In this document: in pieces, positions 21,123 to 30,149 of the stretch
Numbering within the stretch: the stretch's first letter is position 1
Layout of the letters: each line of letters begins with the position of its first letter
Source of the DNA: an uncultured delta proteobacterium
GTDB taxonomy: Bacteria > Desulfobacterota > Desulfobacteria > Desulfobacterales > Desulfatirhabdiaceae
Assembly (NCBI GenBank): GCA_963789395.1
Contig: CAWBKP010000024.1
Location: 378,477 to 442,476 of the forward strand
Reading direction: 5' to 3'
DNA length: 64,000 nt
Program-made: the position numbers and the translations under genes
The notes under the pieces: model-generated
The model's input: the letters and a program-made list of their open reading frames with translations, nothing else
Databases searched by the model: none
Told to the model about the DNA's origin: nothing

Positions 21123-21593
21123 ATGGGATCAGAACTTAGAGACAGTGCAAAACGTGTGCAGGATTTTCTTCTTTCCAGGGGCTTTTCTGTTAAGGTTAAA
21201 GAACTGCCTGGCTCGGCAAGGACGGCAAAGGAGGCTGCCGACAGTATCGGTTGTTCCGTTTCTCAAATCGCTAAATCCCTTGTGTTCAGAGAGAAGACAA
21301 CCGATCGTCCGGTTCTTGTCGTTGCATCCGGCTCAAATCGCGTAGATGCCAAGAAAATTGAAAAAACGACGGGCTTGAAACTTGGCAGGGCGGATGGAAA
21401 GTATGTAAAAGAAAGAGTCGGGTTTGCAATCGGTGGCATTCCGCCGGTAGGCCATAATGAGCCGCTGGAAACCATACTGGATCCGGACCTGAAGAAATAT
21501 AGCATCATCTGGGCTGCGGCAGGCACCCCTTTCGCCGTTTTTCCGATGAAACCGGCTGATCTGGAACCGCTTACTAATGGGGAGGTGGGTTGA
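21123..21593 (+). CDS. YbaK/EbsC aminoacyl-tRNA deacylase family protein
   Basis: RTAKEAA..IGC...QIAKSLVF, GFAIGGIPPVGH and WAAAGTP. Confidence 0.9.
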   Translation: MGSELRDSAKRVQDFLLSRGFSVKVKELPGSARTAKEAADSIGCSVSQIAKSLVFREKTTDRPVLVVASGSNRVDAKKIEKTTGLKLGRADGKYVKERVGFAIGGIPPVGHNEPLETILDPDLKKYSIIWAAAGTPFAVFPMKPADLEPLTNGEVG

Positions 21594-21755
21594 TTTATCA
21601 GAAGAGATATAATCAATACCGATATTGGAACCGGCGGACAAGGCCAAGTCGTTTCCACTGGCCGATATTGATGCGTGAAATTGGAATCAGTGGAATCGCT
21701 CAGCGAATAAACAGCAAATTAAATGGCTCAGGAGACATAAATCAATAATCCACTC

Positions 21756-22140
21756 ATGCAATTAATGGGAAAGTATCAAAGAGGAAACAAACCAGCATTT
21801 CTTATGGGTCCTTTTTTGCCTCTGGCATGCATCAAGGAAAGGGGCCTGCAGTTCAATGATATTCTGAAGGATTCCCAATCCATGATAGAAACCGCCATGA
21901 TGAGCTTTGATTTCGGATTTGAATCCACGATGCTGCCGTTTGACCTGAATGTGGAAGCTGAAATACTTGGTGCCGGGGTTCGATATCACGAGGGATTCGA
22001 AGGGCATCCGGTTTACCCGACAATCACCTGACAGGCCCGTTGCTACTGCTGACGATATCGAAATACCGGAGGACCTGGCAGAAAAAGGACGATTGCCGGT
22101 CATCCTGAAAACTATTCGATCGATTCAGGATCTCGCTCAA
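21756..22140 (+). pseudogene. N-terminal remnant of a uroporphyrinogen decarboxylase/MtaA-CmuA family protein
   Basis: LPFDLNVEAEILGA and IPEDLAEKGRLPVILKTI across two frames, then an abrupt switch to unrelated AT-rich sequence. Confidence 0.6.
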
Positions 22141-22505
22141 GGCGCGAATATGATGGACCCACTTGCACAAAATAAATATAAAATTTCCCCAGCGACGTCA
22201 GTCAATTTCTTATCGACAATTTCGAAAACAAAAGTTTTTTGACCTATTAATCTGAAGACCTGGACACAATAAACAGCGAATTTGCGCACTCCTTCCAAAA
22301 AGACGCGATAAATGGAGTGTCCTTCTTCCCAGCTGTATCCTTTAATATGGGCGGACTCAACAATATATGAAAGCATGACTTTTAGTTTCAGTGAAAATCT
22401 ATAAAATATCCGTTAAATTTAAGCTCAGGAAGGTTAACAAGAATTTTCTTCCAGCCCCAATATCCTGTCCCCTGTCGTGCTTTTTTTACTCAAAGGAACG
22501 ATCAA

Positions 22506-23012
22506 ATGACGCGGGTGAAAACAAAAATCAGCTGGTCGTCCATGATATCGCGGGGAGGAGTGTTCTCACTCGGTTGGTGGATTCTTACCGATGGCGCTGC
22601 GTCGTCCTGGGGGGTCGGCGTGCCTGCGGTTTTACTGGCGGTTGTTTCCAGTATCACACTACTGCCGCCAGTACCTTTGGTCTGGTCTGAACTTCTGAGA
22701 TTCGTGCCCTTTTTCCTCCAGCGTTCCTTACTCGGTGGAACAGATGTGGCTTGGCGTGCTTTTCATCCCGGCATGCCCATCGACCCAGAACTCATTGAAT
22801 ACCCACTGCGGCTAACGCCTGGATTGCCACGGGCGTTTATGGTCAACACGGTCAGTATGTTGCCAGGCACATTGAGTGTTGCACTTGATAAGAGCGTCTT
22901 GAAAGTGCATGTACTGGACAGACGAAAAGGGTTTATAGCAGACCTCGAGGCGGTGGAACATTGGGTGGCCAGGATGTTCGGCACACCCCTGAAGCTTTCC
23001 AAAGGAGGTTAA
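22506..23012 (+). CDS. mnhE: Na+/H+ antiporter subunit E
   Basis: DVAWRAFHP, NTVSMLPGTLSV and LKVHVLD. Confidence 0.88.
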   Translation: MTRVKTKISWSSMISRGGVFSLGWWILTDGAASSWGVGVPAVLLAVVSSITLLPPVPLVWSELLRFVPFFLQRSLLGGTDVAWRAFHPGMPIDPELIEYPLRLTPGLPRAFMVNTVSMLPGTLSVALDKSVLKVHVLDRRKGFIADLEAVEHWVARMFGTPLKLSKGG

Positions 23013-23016
23013 TACT

Positions 23017-23213
23017 ATGGAGCCATTTAAGGATATTCGTTGCGTGGTCGAACCCGTGGAGGCATGTAAACCGGCACTGGAACGCGCCGCTACGCTGGCG
23101 AAAAACAACCATGCCTGTCTTACTGTCGTCAGTGTGATCGATCGTGTCGCCGGTGTTCCGTGCTCGCGATCAAGCCGCCCGGCTTCGCAACGCCGGTCGC
23201 ACTGGCGGGTTGA
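23017..23213 (+). pseudogene. Internally deleted UspE-type universal stress protein
   Basis: N-terminus MEPFKDIRCVV...ALERAATLAKNNHACLTVVSVI joins near 23152, out of frame, to the typical C-terminus CSVLAIKPPGFATPVALAG*. Confidence 0.75.
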
Positions 23214-23219
23214 GTTCTC

Positions 23220-23498
23220 ATGAAGATTCTTTACCTCGCATTGGCGTTGTTTCTCCTGCTGAACCTTGGCGCCGGGATGTGGCGCGTGCTTCGCGGTCCG
23301 ACCGCTGCGGATCGTATGCTGGCTGCGCAGCTGTTTGGAACCACTGCGGTGGCCATGCTCCTGATACTCGCGCAAGCATACGGCAATGGAGCCCTGCGGG
23401 ATGTGGCGCTGGTGTTTGCCCTGCTGGCTGCGGTGACGTCAGTGTCTTTCGTGCGGCGGTCCTGGCCGGGCCAGGAGGCAGGCCATGATTCTGAGTGA
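23220..23498 (+). CDS. mnhF: Na+/H+ antiporter subunit F
   Basis: RVLRGPTAADRMLA and DVALVFALL. Confidence 0.9.
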   Translation: MKILYLALALFLLLNLGAGMWRVLRGPTAADRMLAAQLFGTTAVAMLLILAQAYGNGALRDVALVFALLAAVTSVSFVRRSWPGQEAGHDSE

Positions 23499-23784
23499 TT
23501 ACCTGTCCGTTGCACTGCTGCTCGCGGGGGCCGTCTTTTTTCTGGCCGGCACCCTGGGCCTATTGCGTTTTCCAGATGTCTACACCCGGCTTCACGCACT
23601 GACCAAGGCTGATAATCTAGGGCTGGGCCTGATGGTGGGAGGGCTGATCCTGCAGGCGGAATCATGGGCCGTGGCGGGCAAGTTGTTACTGATCTGGTTG
23701 CTGGTTCTACTCGCCGGGGCCAGCGTTGCCCATTTGGTTGCCGCCGGGGCGTTGAAAAGGGGGATTCGCTTGTGGAAGCGGTAA
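23485..23784 (+). CDS. mnhG: Na+/H+ antiporter subunit G
   Basis: GLLRFPDVYTRLHALTKAD. Confidence 0.92.
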   Translation: MILSDYLSVALLLAGAVFFLAGTLGLLRFPDVYTRLHALTKADNLGLGLMVGGLILQAESWAVAGKLLLIWLLVLLAGASVAHLVAAGALKRGIRLWKR

Positions 23785-24110
23785 CGCTGTTGGAGTGGCT
23801 GTTCGATGGCTTATTGGGATTTGGATTGGTGTGGCTGTCCTGGCGAGCTATGACTCGCTTGAATCTGTTCAAGGCCATTGTGTTGTTCATCGCCTTTGGC
23901 CTGCTGATGTCATTGGCATGGGTGCGCCTGGGTGCGACGGACGTGGCCCTGGCCGAAGCGGCTATCGGCGCCGGTTTAACCGGTGCCCTGCTGATGGCCG
24001 CCTTGGCGAAACTCCAGGATGCCAGCATCGTTGCGTCTAACGACGATGATGATCAGTCACACATTCACAATGTTTCCAATGACGACTCTAAGAAAGGAAC
24101 TGGCCAATGA
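23772..24110 (+). CDS. DUF4040 protein (stand-alone MrpA C-terminal-like segment)
   Basis: LFKAIVLFIAFGLLMSLAWVRLGATDVALAEAAIGAG; GTG start overlapping mnhG. Confidence 0.85.
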   Translation: MEAVTLLEWLFDGLLGFGLVWLSWRAMTRLNLFKAIVLFIAFGLLMSLAWVRLGATDVALAEAAIGAGLTGALLMAALAKLQDASIVASNDDDDQSHIHNVSNDDSKKGTGQ

Positions 24111-24173
24111 TCGATCTGGGTTGGATTCTGATTCGGGACGCGATGAAGCCACCGAAAATCCCGGAGGCCTGAT

Positions 24174-24827
24174 ATGGATTGGCATCGTTGGCTACTGTTG
24201 CCGCTGCTGCTGGCACTCGCCGTGGGTCTCGGTTATGCCGTGCTCTCTTTGCCTGACCATGCTGCAGGTCTTCAGCAAATGGTGGCCGGCAAAATGGCGG
24301 TAAGCGGCGTAAGCAATCCGGTGACCGCAGTGCTGCTTAACTTCCGGGGATACGACACGTTGCTCGAGATGGTCGTGTTGTTTGTGGCGCTGCTGGGGGT
24401 TTGGTCACTTGGTGGCGAAACTTTTTGCTGCGAGACCGCACCAAGCCTTGTGCTGGATACCCTGGTGCGTCTGTTGGTGCCTGTGTTGATCCTGGTGGCC
24501 GGATATCTTCTGTGGGTCGGTGCCCATGCGCCCGGCGGTGCTTTTCAGTCGGGTTCGGTGATAGGTGCGTCAGGGGTGCTGCTGCTGTTGGCCGACAGAC
24601 GCCTGCCCAGCGGTCTGGCGGCACTGCCTCTGCGGCTCGCTCTGGTGGCTGGCCCGGGTGCCTTCTTGGCAGTTGCTGTACTCACGATACTGATTGGCGG
24701 GCAGTTGCTGGAATATCCTTCGGCGCAGGCGGGCACCCTAATCCTGGTTCTTGAGGTCGCAGCGACCCTCTCCATCGGCGTGACGTTAGCCGCCCTGTTT
24801 TTTGGGGGAGTGCCCCCAAAACAATAA
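24174..24827 (+). CDS. mnhB: Na+/H+ antiporter subunit B
   Basis: NPVTAVLLNFRGYDTLLE and GAHAPGGAFQSG. Confidence 0.88.
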   Translation: MDWHRWLLLPLLLALAVGLGYAVLSLPDHAAGLQQMVAGKMAVSGVSNPVTAVLLNFRGYDTLLEMVVLFVALLGVWSLGGETFCCETAPSLVLDTLVRLLVPVLILVAGYLLWVGAHAPGGAFQSGSVIGASGVLLLLADRRLPSGLAALPLRLALVAGPGAFLAVAVLTILIGGQLLEYPSAQAGTLILVLEVAATLSIGVTLAALFFGGVPPKQ

Positions 24828-24836
24828 GGAGTGCAA

Positions 24837-25144
24837 ATGAGCACAGCATATTTTTATGCCCTCGTGGGAGTGGGGCTTTTCACCCTGGGGCTCTACGCCC
24901 TGATCGTTCACGCGCACCTGCTGCGCAAAATTCTGGCGATTAACGTGTTGGGAAACGGGGTTTTCCTGGTGCTGGTAGCTTGGCTCAGCGTGCCGGTGAC
25001 AATCTGTCGGATGTTGTGCCCCAGGCCATGGTCATCACCGGCATCGTGGTTGCCGTCTCGGCCACGGCCCTGGCCCTCACCTTGATGTTGAAATTAACTG
25101 CTGAAACCGGACTCGCCGAGCTTTCTGATGATGGGCGAGAGTAA
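24837..25144 (+). CDS. mnhC: Na+/H+ antiporter subunit C (frameshift near 24980)
   Basis: HLLRKILAINV; continues in another frame as VPQAMVITGIVVAVSATALAL. Confidence 0.85.
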
Positions 25145-25149
25145 CGTCG

Positions 25150-26610
25150 ATGGCCGAAGTGTTCGCGGATATTCCCTGGGCTGTCGCCTTGATCCTGCTG
25201 CCGCTGGCAGGCGGGATGATCTGCTTTCTTTGGCCAGGTATGGCAAAGATTGCGGGATTGGTTACGGCCTTTGCCGTAGCCCTGTCGGTCATCGGTCTGG
25301 GCTGGCAAATCCATGCTGCCGGCATCTATCGTCACAACGTGGGCGGCTGGGGCGCGCCGCTCGGCATTGATCTGTATGCCGATGGGCTGAGTCTGTTGAT
25401 GCTCGCAGCAACTGCAGCGGTGGGGCTCGGCGTCAGCGTTTATTCCGCTGGTTATTTTCAGGGCAAATATTCGGCCAGGTTCTGGCCGCTTTGGTTGTTT
25501 CTGTTGGCCGCACTGAATGCCCTGTTTCTCTCCGCCGATATTTTCAACTTGTACGTCACCCTGGAACTGGTCGGTTTGGTGGCGGTCGCGATGGCGGCCT
25601 TACCGGGCGGCAGGAATGCATTGAGCGGGGCTATGCGTTATCTGCTGGCGACGCTGCTCGGATCGTTCTCTTACCTGTTTGGCGTCGCGCTGCTCTATCA
25701 TCGCTTCGGCAGCGTGGACATAGCGATGCTTGCCGTGCGGGTCGAGCCCTGCCCGGCGGTCTGGGCGGCGCTGGGGCTGATGGGGGGCGGGCTATTGCTC
25801 AAAACGGCGCTGTTTCCGTTGCATTTCTGGCTTCCGCCCGCCCATGCCAGTGCCCCTGCGCCTGTGAGTGCGCTGCTCTCGGCGCTGGTGGTAAAAACCT
25901 CTTTTTATATCCTGCTGCGATTGTGGCTCACGATCTTCGGCCCTATCGGTGGTGACGTTGATGCACTGTTCGGCCTGCTCGGCGCCGCGGCCGTGCTTTG
26001 GGGCTCCTTACAGGCCTTGCGTCAGACCCGGTTGAAGCTGCTGGTGGCCTATTCCACCGTTGCCCAGATTGGCTACCTGTTTCTGGCATTTCCGCTTGCC
26101 GCAGCCGCCGGTGTTACCGCTTGGAGCGCGGCCGCTTACTTGGCGGTTTCCCACGCCCTGGCTAAGGCGGCCATGTTTCTGGCGGCCGGCAATCTGTTGC
26201 ACTTCAGCGGCCATGATCGCATCGCCGATCTGGATCGGGTGGTGCAGCGCTTGCCGCTTACCGCCGGTGCCTTCGCACTGGCCGGGGTGAGCATCATGGG
26301 ACTACCGCCGAGCGGAGGCTTTATCGGCAAGTGGCTGCTGCTTAAAGCGTCACTGGCAAAGGGACGATGGGATTTCGCGGCGGTCATGATCCTCGGCGGT
26401 TTACTGGCGGCGGGTTATGTTTTCAAGGTGTTGGGATGCGCCTTCACCCAGGCTACCGTGTCGCACGAGTCGAGAACGGTTCCTGCCTGTATGGAATGGG
26501 CGGCGCTGTTGCTCGCTATCCTAGCTGTGCTGCTGGGGTTTCTGGCAGTCCCGATCTTGTCGCTTGTTGGCATCGGCGACCCGTTCGGCGCCAGCGGGGT
26601 CAGACCATGA
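25150..26610 (+). CDS. mnhD: Proton-conducting membrane subunit, MrpD/MnhD-like (paralogue 1)
   Basis: GGWGAPLGI, DIFNLYVTLE, KTALFPLHFWLPPAH, AYSTVAQIG and GFIGKW. Confidence 0.9.
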   Translation: MAEVFADIPWAVALILLPLAGGMICFLWPGMAKIAGLVTAFAVALSVIGLGWQIHAAGIYRHNVGGWGAPLGIDLYADGLSLLMLAATAAVGLGVSVYSAGYFQGKYSARFWPLWLFLLAALNALFLSADIFNLYVTLELVGLVAVAMAALPGGRNALSGAMRYLLATLLGSFSYLFGVALLYHRFGSVDIAMLAVRVEPCPAVWAALGLMGGGLLLKTALFPLHFWLPPAHASAPAPVSALLSALVVKTSFYILLRLWLTIFGPIGGDVDALFGLLGAAAVLWGSLQALRQTRLKLLVAYSTVAQIGYLFLAFPLAAAAGVTAWSAAAYLAVSHALAKAAMFLAAGNLLHFSGHDRIADLDRVVQRLPLTAGAFALAGVSIMGLPPSGGFIGKWLLLKASLAKGRWDFAAVMILGGLLAAGYVFKVLGCAFTQATVSHESRTVPACMEWAALLLAILAVLLGFLAVPILSLVGIGDPFGASGVRP

Positions 26611-28106
26611 ACTGGGATGCCTGGATCCCGCCGCTGGTGGTCGCGAGCTCTCTGTTGCCTGGGTTGATCATCTTCAGTGTGGCAGATGACAAGGTGCGCC
26701 TGCGCACGGTGCTCAACATGCTCGGTGCGTTGGCAAAAGTCGCATTGGTAGGCTTGATGCTGTGGGGTGTCTATCATGGGCATCATTATGAAGCGCGGCT
26801 GGCACTGCTGCCGGGCCTGGAACTGGTATTGCGGGCTGGCCCGCTGTCCTTGATGTTTGTCGCTCTGTCCAGTGACCTTTGGCTGCTCACCACTGTTTAT
26901 GCCATCGGCTACTTGGAAGACTCACAACATCGCAGTCGATTCTTTGGCTTTTTTAGCTTGTGCGTGACTGCGACCGTCGGCGTGGCCATGTCCGGCAACC
27001 TATTCACCTTCCTGCTGTTCTATGAGCTGTTGACTTTGTCAACCTATCCGCTGGTCGTGCATCGCGGTACGGGAGAGGCCCTCAGTGCCGGGCAGTCTTA
27101 TCTAATCTATACCATTTTCGGTGGCGCGTTGCTGTTGTTGGGAACGGTGTGGCTCTACACCTTGACGGGCACCCTGGAATTCACACCCCGGGGGTTTCTC
27201 GATGGCCTCAGCACAGAGCATCGTCCAGCCCTTAGAATGATTTTCGCCCTATTAATCGCCGGATTGGGCGTGAAAGCCGCAATAGTGCCCCTGCACGGCT
27301 GGCTTCCAAAGGCCATGGTCGCACCGGCGCCGGTCAGCGCTTTGTTGCATGCGGTGGCAGTGGTGAAGGCTGGTGCGTTCGGGATCGTGCGTGTGGTCTA
27401 TGACGTTTTCGGAGCTGAGTTTGCAGCGGGTCTGGGGGTGATGGGTCCCTTGGCCTGGTTGGCTGCGGTCACAATTGTCTACGGTTCACTGCGCGCCTTG
27501 TTTCAAGATGACCTTAAACGCCGGCTGGCATTTTCTACGATCAGTCAAGTGTCCTTTATCACCCTTGGCGTTGCCATCGCGGGACCTGTCGCTACCATCG
27601 GCGGCGTGGTGCACTTGGTGCACCAGGGCTTCATGAAAATCACGTTGTTTTTCTGTGCGGGCAATCTGGCAGAGACTTTAGAGGTTCATAAAGTCAGCCA
27701 GATGAATGGTGTGGGCCGGCGGATGCCCTGGACCATGGCTGCGTTCACTGTCGGGGCTTTCGGGATGATTGGTGCGCCCCCAACTGCCGGATTCATCAGC
27801 AAATGGTATCTGGGCTTGGGCGCACTTGAGGCGGGCCAAAACTGGGTCATCTGTGTGCTGGCTGGCAGCAGCCTGCTTAATGCCGCGTATTTTCTGCCCA
27901 TATTGCATGCCACTTGGTTTCGGGAGCCTCCAGCCGACTGGCCGGAGGAGCGCGACTTTGGCTGCAAGGAGACAGCTTGGACTCTGTTGATCCCTCCGCT
28001 GGTGACGGCCGCCATATCTCTGGGAATGGGACTGCTGGCTTCGCAACCTTTTAGCCCGCTGGGGTGGGCGAAGCTCATCGCGGCACAGGAGTTCTATCAA
28101 CCGTGA
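26607..28106 (+). CDS. Proton-conducting membrane subunit, MrpA/D-like (paralogue 2)
   Basis: GNLFTFLLFYE, PLHGWLPKAMVAPAPVSALLHAVAVVKAG and KRRLAFSTISQ; ATGA coupling. Confidence 0.9.
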   Translation: MNWDAWIPPLVVASSLLPGLIIFSVADDKVRLRTVLNMLGALAKVALVGLMLWGVYHGHHYEARLALLPGLELVLRAGPLSLMFVALSSDLWLLTTVYAIGYLEDSQHRSRFFGFFSLCVTATVGVAMSGNLFTFLLFYELLTLSTYPLVVHRGTGEALSAGQSYLIYTIFGGALLLLGTVWLYTLTGTLEFTPRGFLDGLSTEHRPALRMIFALLIAGLGVKAAIVPLHGWLPKAMVAPAPVSALLHAVAVVKAGAFGIVRVVYDVFGAEFAAGLGVMGPLAWLAAVTIVYGSLRALFQDDLKRRLAFSTISQVSFITLGVAIAGPVATIGGVVHLVHQGFMKITLFFCAGNLAETLEVHKVSQMNGVGRRMPWTMAAFTVGAFGMIGAPPTAGFISKWYLGLGALEAGQNWVICVLAGSSLLNAAYFLPILHATWFREPPADWPEERDFGCKETAWTLLIPPLVTAAISLGMGLLASQPFSPLGWAKLIAAQEFYQP

Positions 28107-29902
28107 ACGAACTATACGTTCCCTTGGTTTTATCCCTTGTTGTGATCTGGCCGCTGCTGTTGGCCGTTGCAATAGCGTTCCGTGTAGCTCATTCAGCGGC
28201 TTTGATGCTTGCTCCTTGGGCGGCCCTGCCCGCGTTCACCCTGGCCGTGTTCACACCTCCAAGCGCTTCGCTTCATCTGCCTGGGTTTTTGCTCGGCACC
28301 GAATTGAGCCTTATGGACGACACCGGTCGTCTGTTCCTGCTATTCACGGCCCTGCTTTGGTGGCTGTCCGGCATGTACGCGCGGGCTTATCTGTCCGATC
28401 AGACCGGTCGCAGTCGTTTCTTTGTGTATTTTCTGCTGTCCATGACAGGCAACCTGGGGCTGATCCTGGCGCAGGATCTGACAAGTTTTTATCTGTTTTT
28501 CGCTCTGATGAGTTTTGCCTCCTACGGCCTGGTTGTGCATCAACGAAGTCTTGAGGCCCTGCATGCAGGAAGGATCTACATTATACTGGTGGTCATTGGC
28601 GAGATCGCACTTTTTGCCGCCATGGTTTTCGCTACCGCCGCTACGGGATCAACTGAATTCGGTACCGTGCGGCACGGACTGGCGCAGGCCGGGTCACGCG
28701 ACCTGGTCATGTTCCTGGCCTTTATGGGCTTCGGTATCAAGGCCGGGGTACTGGGCCTGCACGTGTGGCTGCCGCTGGCCCATCCGGTTGCCCCGACCCC
28801 CGCCAGTGCCGTGTTGTCGGGCGCCATGATTAAGGCTGGTCTGTTGGGGTGGTTGCGATTGTTGCCGCTTGGTGAGACGGCGCTTCTTCAATGGGGCGAG
28901 AGCTTCATGCTTCTGGGATTGGCGGCAGCTTTCTATGGCGTAATAGTCAGGGCTCACCCAACGGGATCCCAAGACGCTGTTGGCCTATTCCAGCATCAGC
29001 CAGATGGGAGTCATGACTGTGGCTGCGGGACTGGGGCTGACTTCCCCAGATGCCTACCCGGCGATCCTGACGGTCATCACCCTGTATGCATTTCACCATG
29101 GTCTCAGCAAAGGGGCACTGTTTCTCGGTGTCGGTGTCGTCGGGGCCTTTAGCGGTGTGAAACGGCGAAGGGTGTGGCTTGCCTTGTGGCTGCCGGCCCT
29201 GGCGCCTGCGGGTGCTCCGTTGACAAGTGGCATGGTGGCGAAAACCATGCTGAAAGCGCAGACGGTCAACGCACCCGGCCCCTGGGTTCCGGTGTTGCAA
29301 ATACTTCTGCCTTGGAGTGCCGTAGCCACGACGTTATTGGTCGGGCGGTTTCTTTTTCTGCTGTACCACCCAAAGCAGGGGCCTCCGATCACCTTTCGCC
29401 TACCGGGATTGTGTGGCCATGGGCACTGCTGGTCATGGCGTCGGCAGTGCTGCCCTGGTGGTTCGTGCAAAAGTTAGCGGCATTGCGGTCCCAATCCGCG
29501 GTCTATGGCAGCACCTGGCCGGTGCTGCTTGGCGCTTTGCTGGCAGTGGCCATAATTGTTTTACGAAGATCACAGCTGCCTTGGCGATTTCGGGCCATGC
29601 CGACGGGTGATGGGCAGTTAAGCGCCGGGCACCTGCCATTACCCTGCATCCCGCCGGGCGACTTGCTGCTGCCCATTGGCCGCGGTATTGCTCCAGTCCT
29701 CACCCATGGTCGTCGCTTGGCCGAGGTGCAATTGCCGCGTTGGCGCGATGCGTTGCTGTCCCTGTTGCAGCGGCCATTATCCAATGTGGATGGGTGGCGA
29801 ATCATCGGGCAAATCGAAGACCGCCTCAATCACTGGTCTATGGCGTTGGTGATTCTGGTGCTTCTGGGTCTGATCGTGACCGCCCTGGGCATGAGCGAAT
29901 GA
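28103..29902 (+). CDS. Proton-conducting membrane subunit, MrpA/D-like (paralogue 3; frameshifts near 28950 and 29390)
   Basis: LHVWLPLAHPVAPTPASAVLSG, AYSSISQMG and HHGLSKGALF across ORFs 28064..29152, 28980..29477 and 29174..29902. Confidence 0.85.
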
Positions 29903-30149
29903 ACCGCATGCGCCTCTGGGCAGGGTTGACCACCGGGACTGCCGTTGCTACACGCCCGGTTTGTGCCTATATCAAGGCCATGTATGGATGGACAATAATT
30001 ATGGTGTTGCACTGATGTCTCTCACCGTAAACAATAAGGCGGCAGCGTCATCCTCAATTCCATCGTGCGACGTGTTTACCCTTCTGGAAATTCCGGTAAT
30101 TCGTTATGCTCTCTACCGGGAAGAATAAACGTTGTAAGGAGTTCTAAAA

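Noticed and set aside
22137..22376. 79-aa minus-strand ORF in the AT-rich gap
   Set aside because: No recognisable motif in the frames I read; left unassigned.
22506..29902. Membrane-bound hydrogenase (Mbh/Hyf/Ech) or complex I
   Set aside because: No NiFe catalytic, NuoH-like or Fe-S subunits in the cluster.
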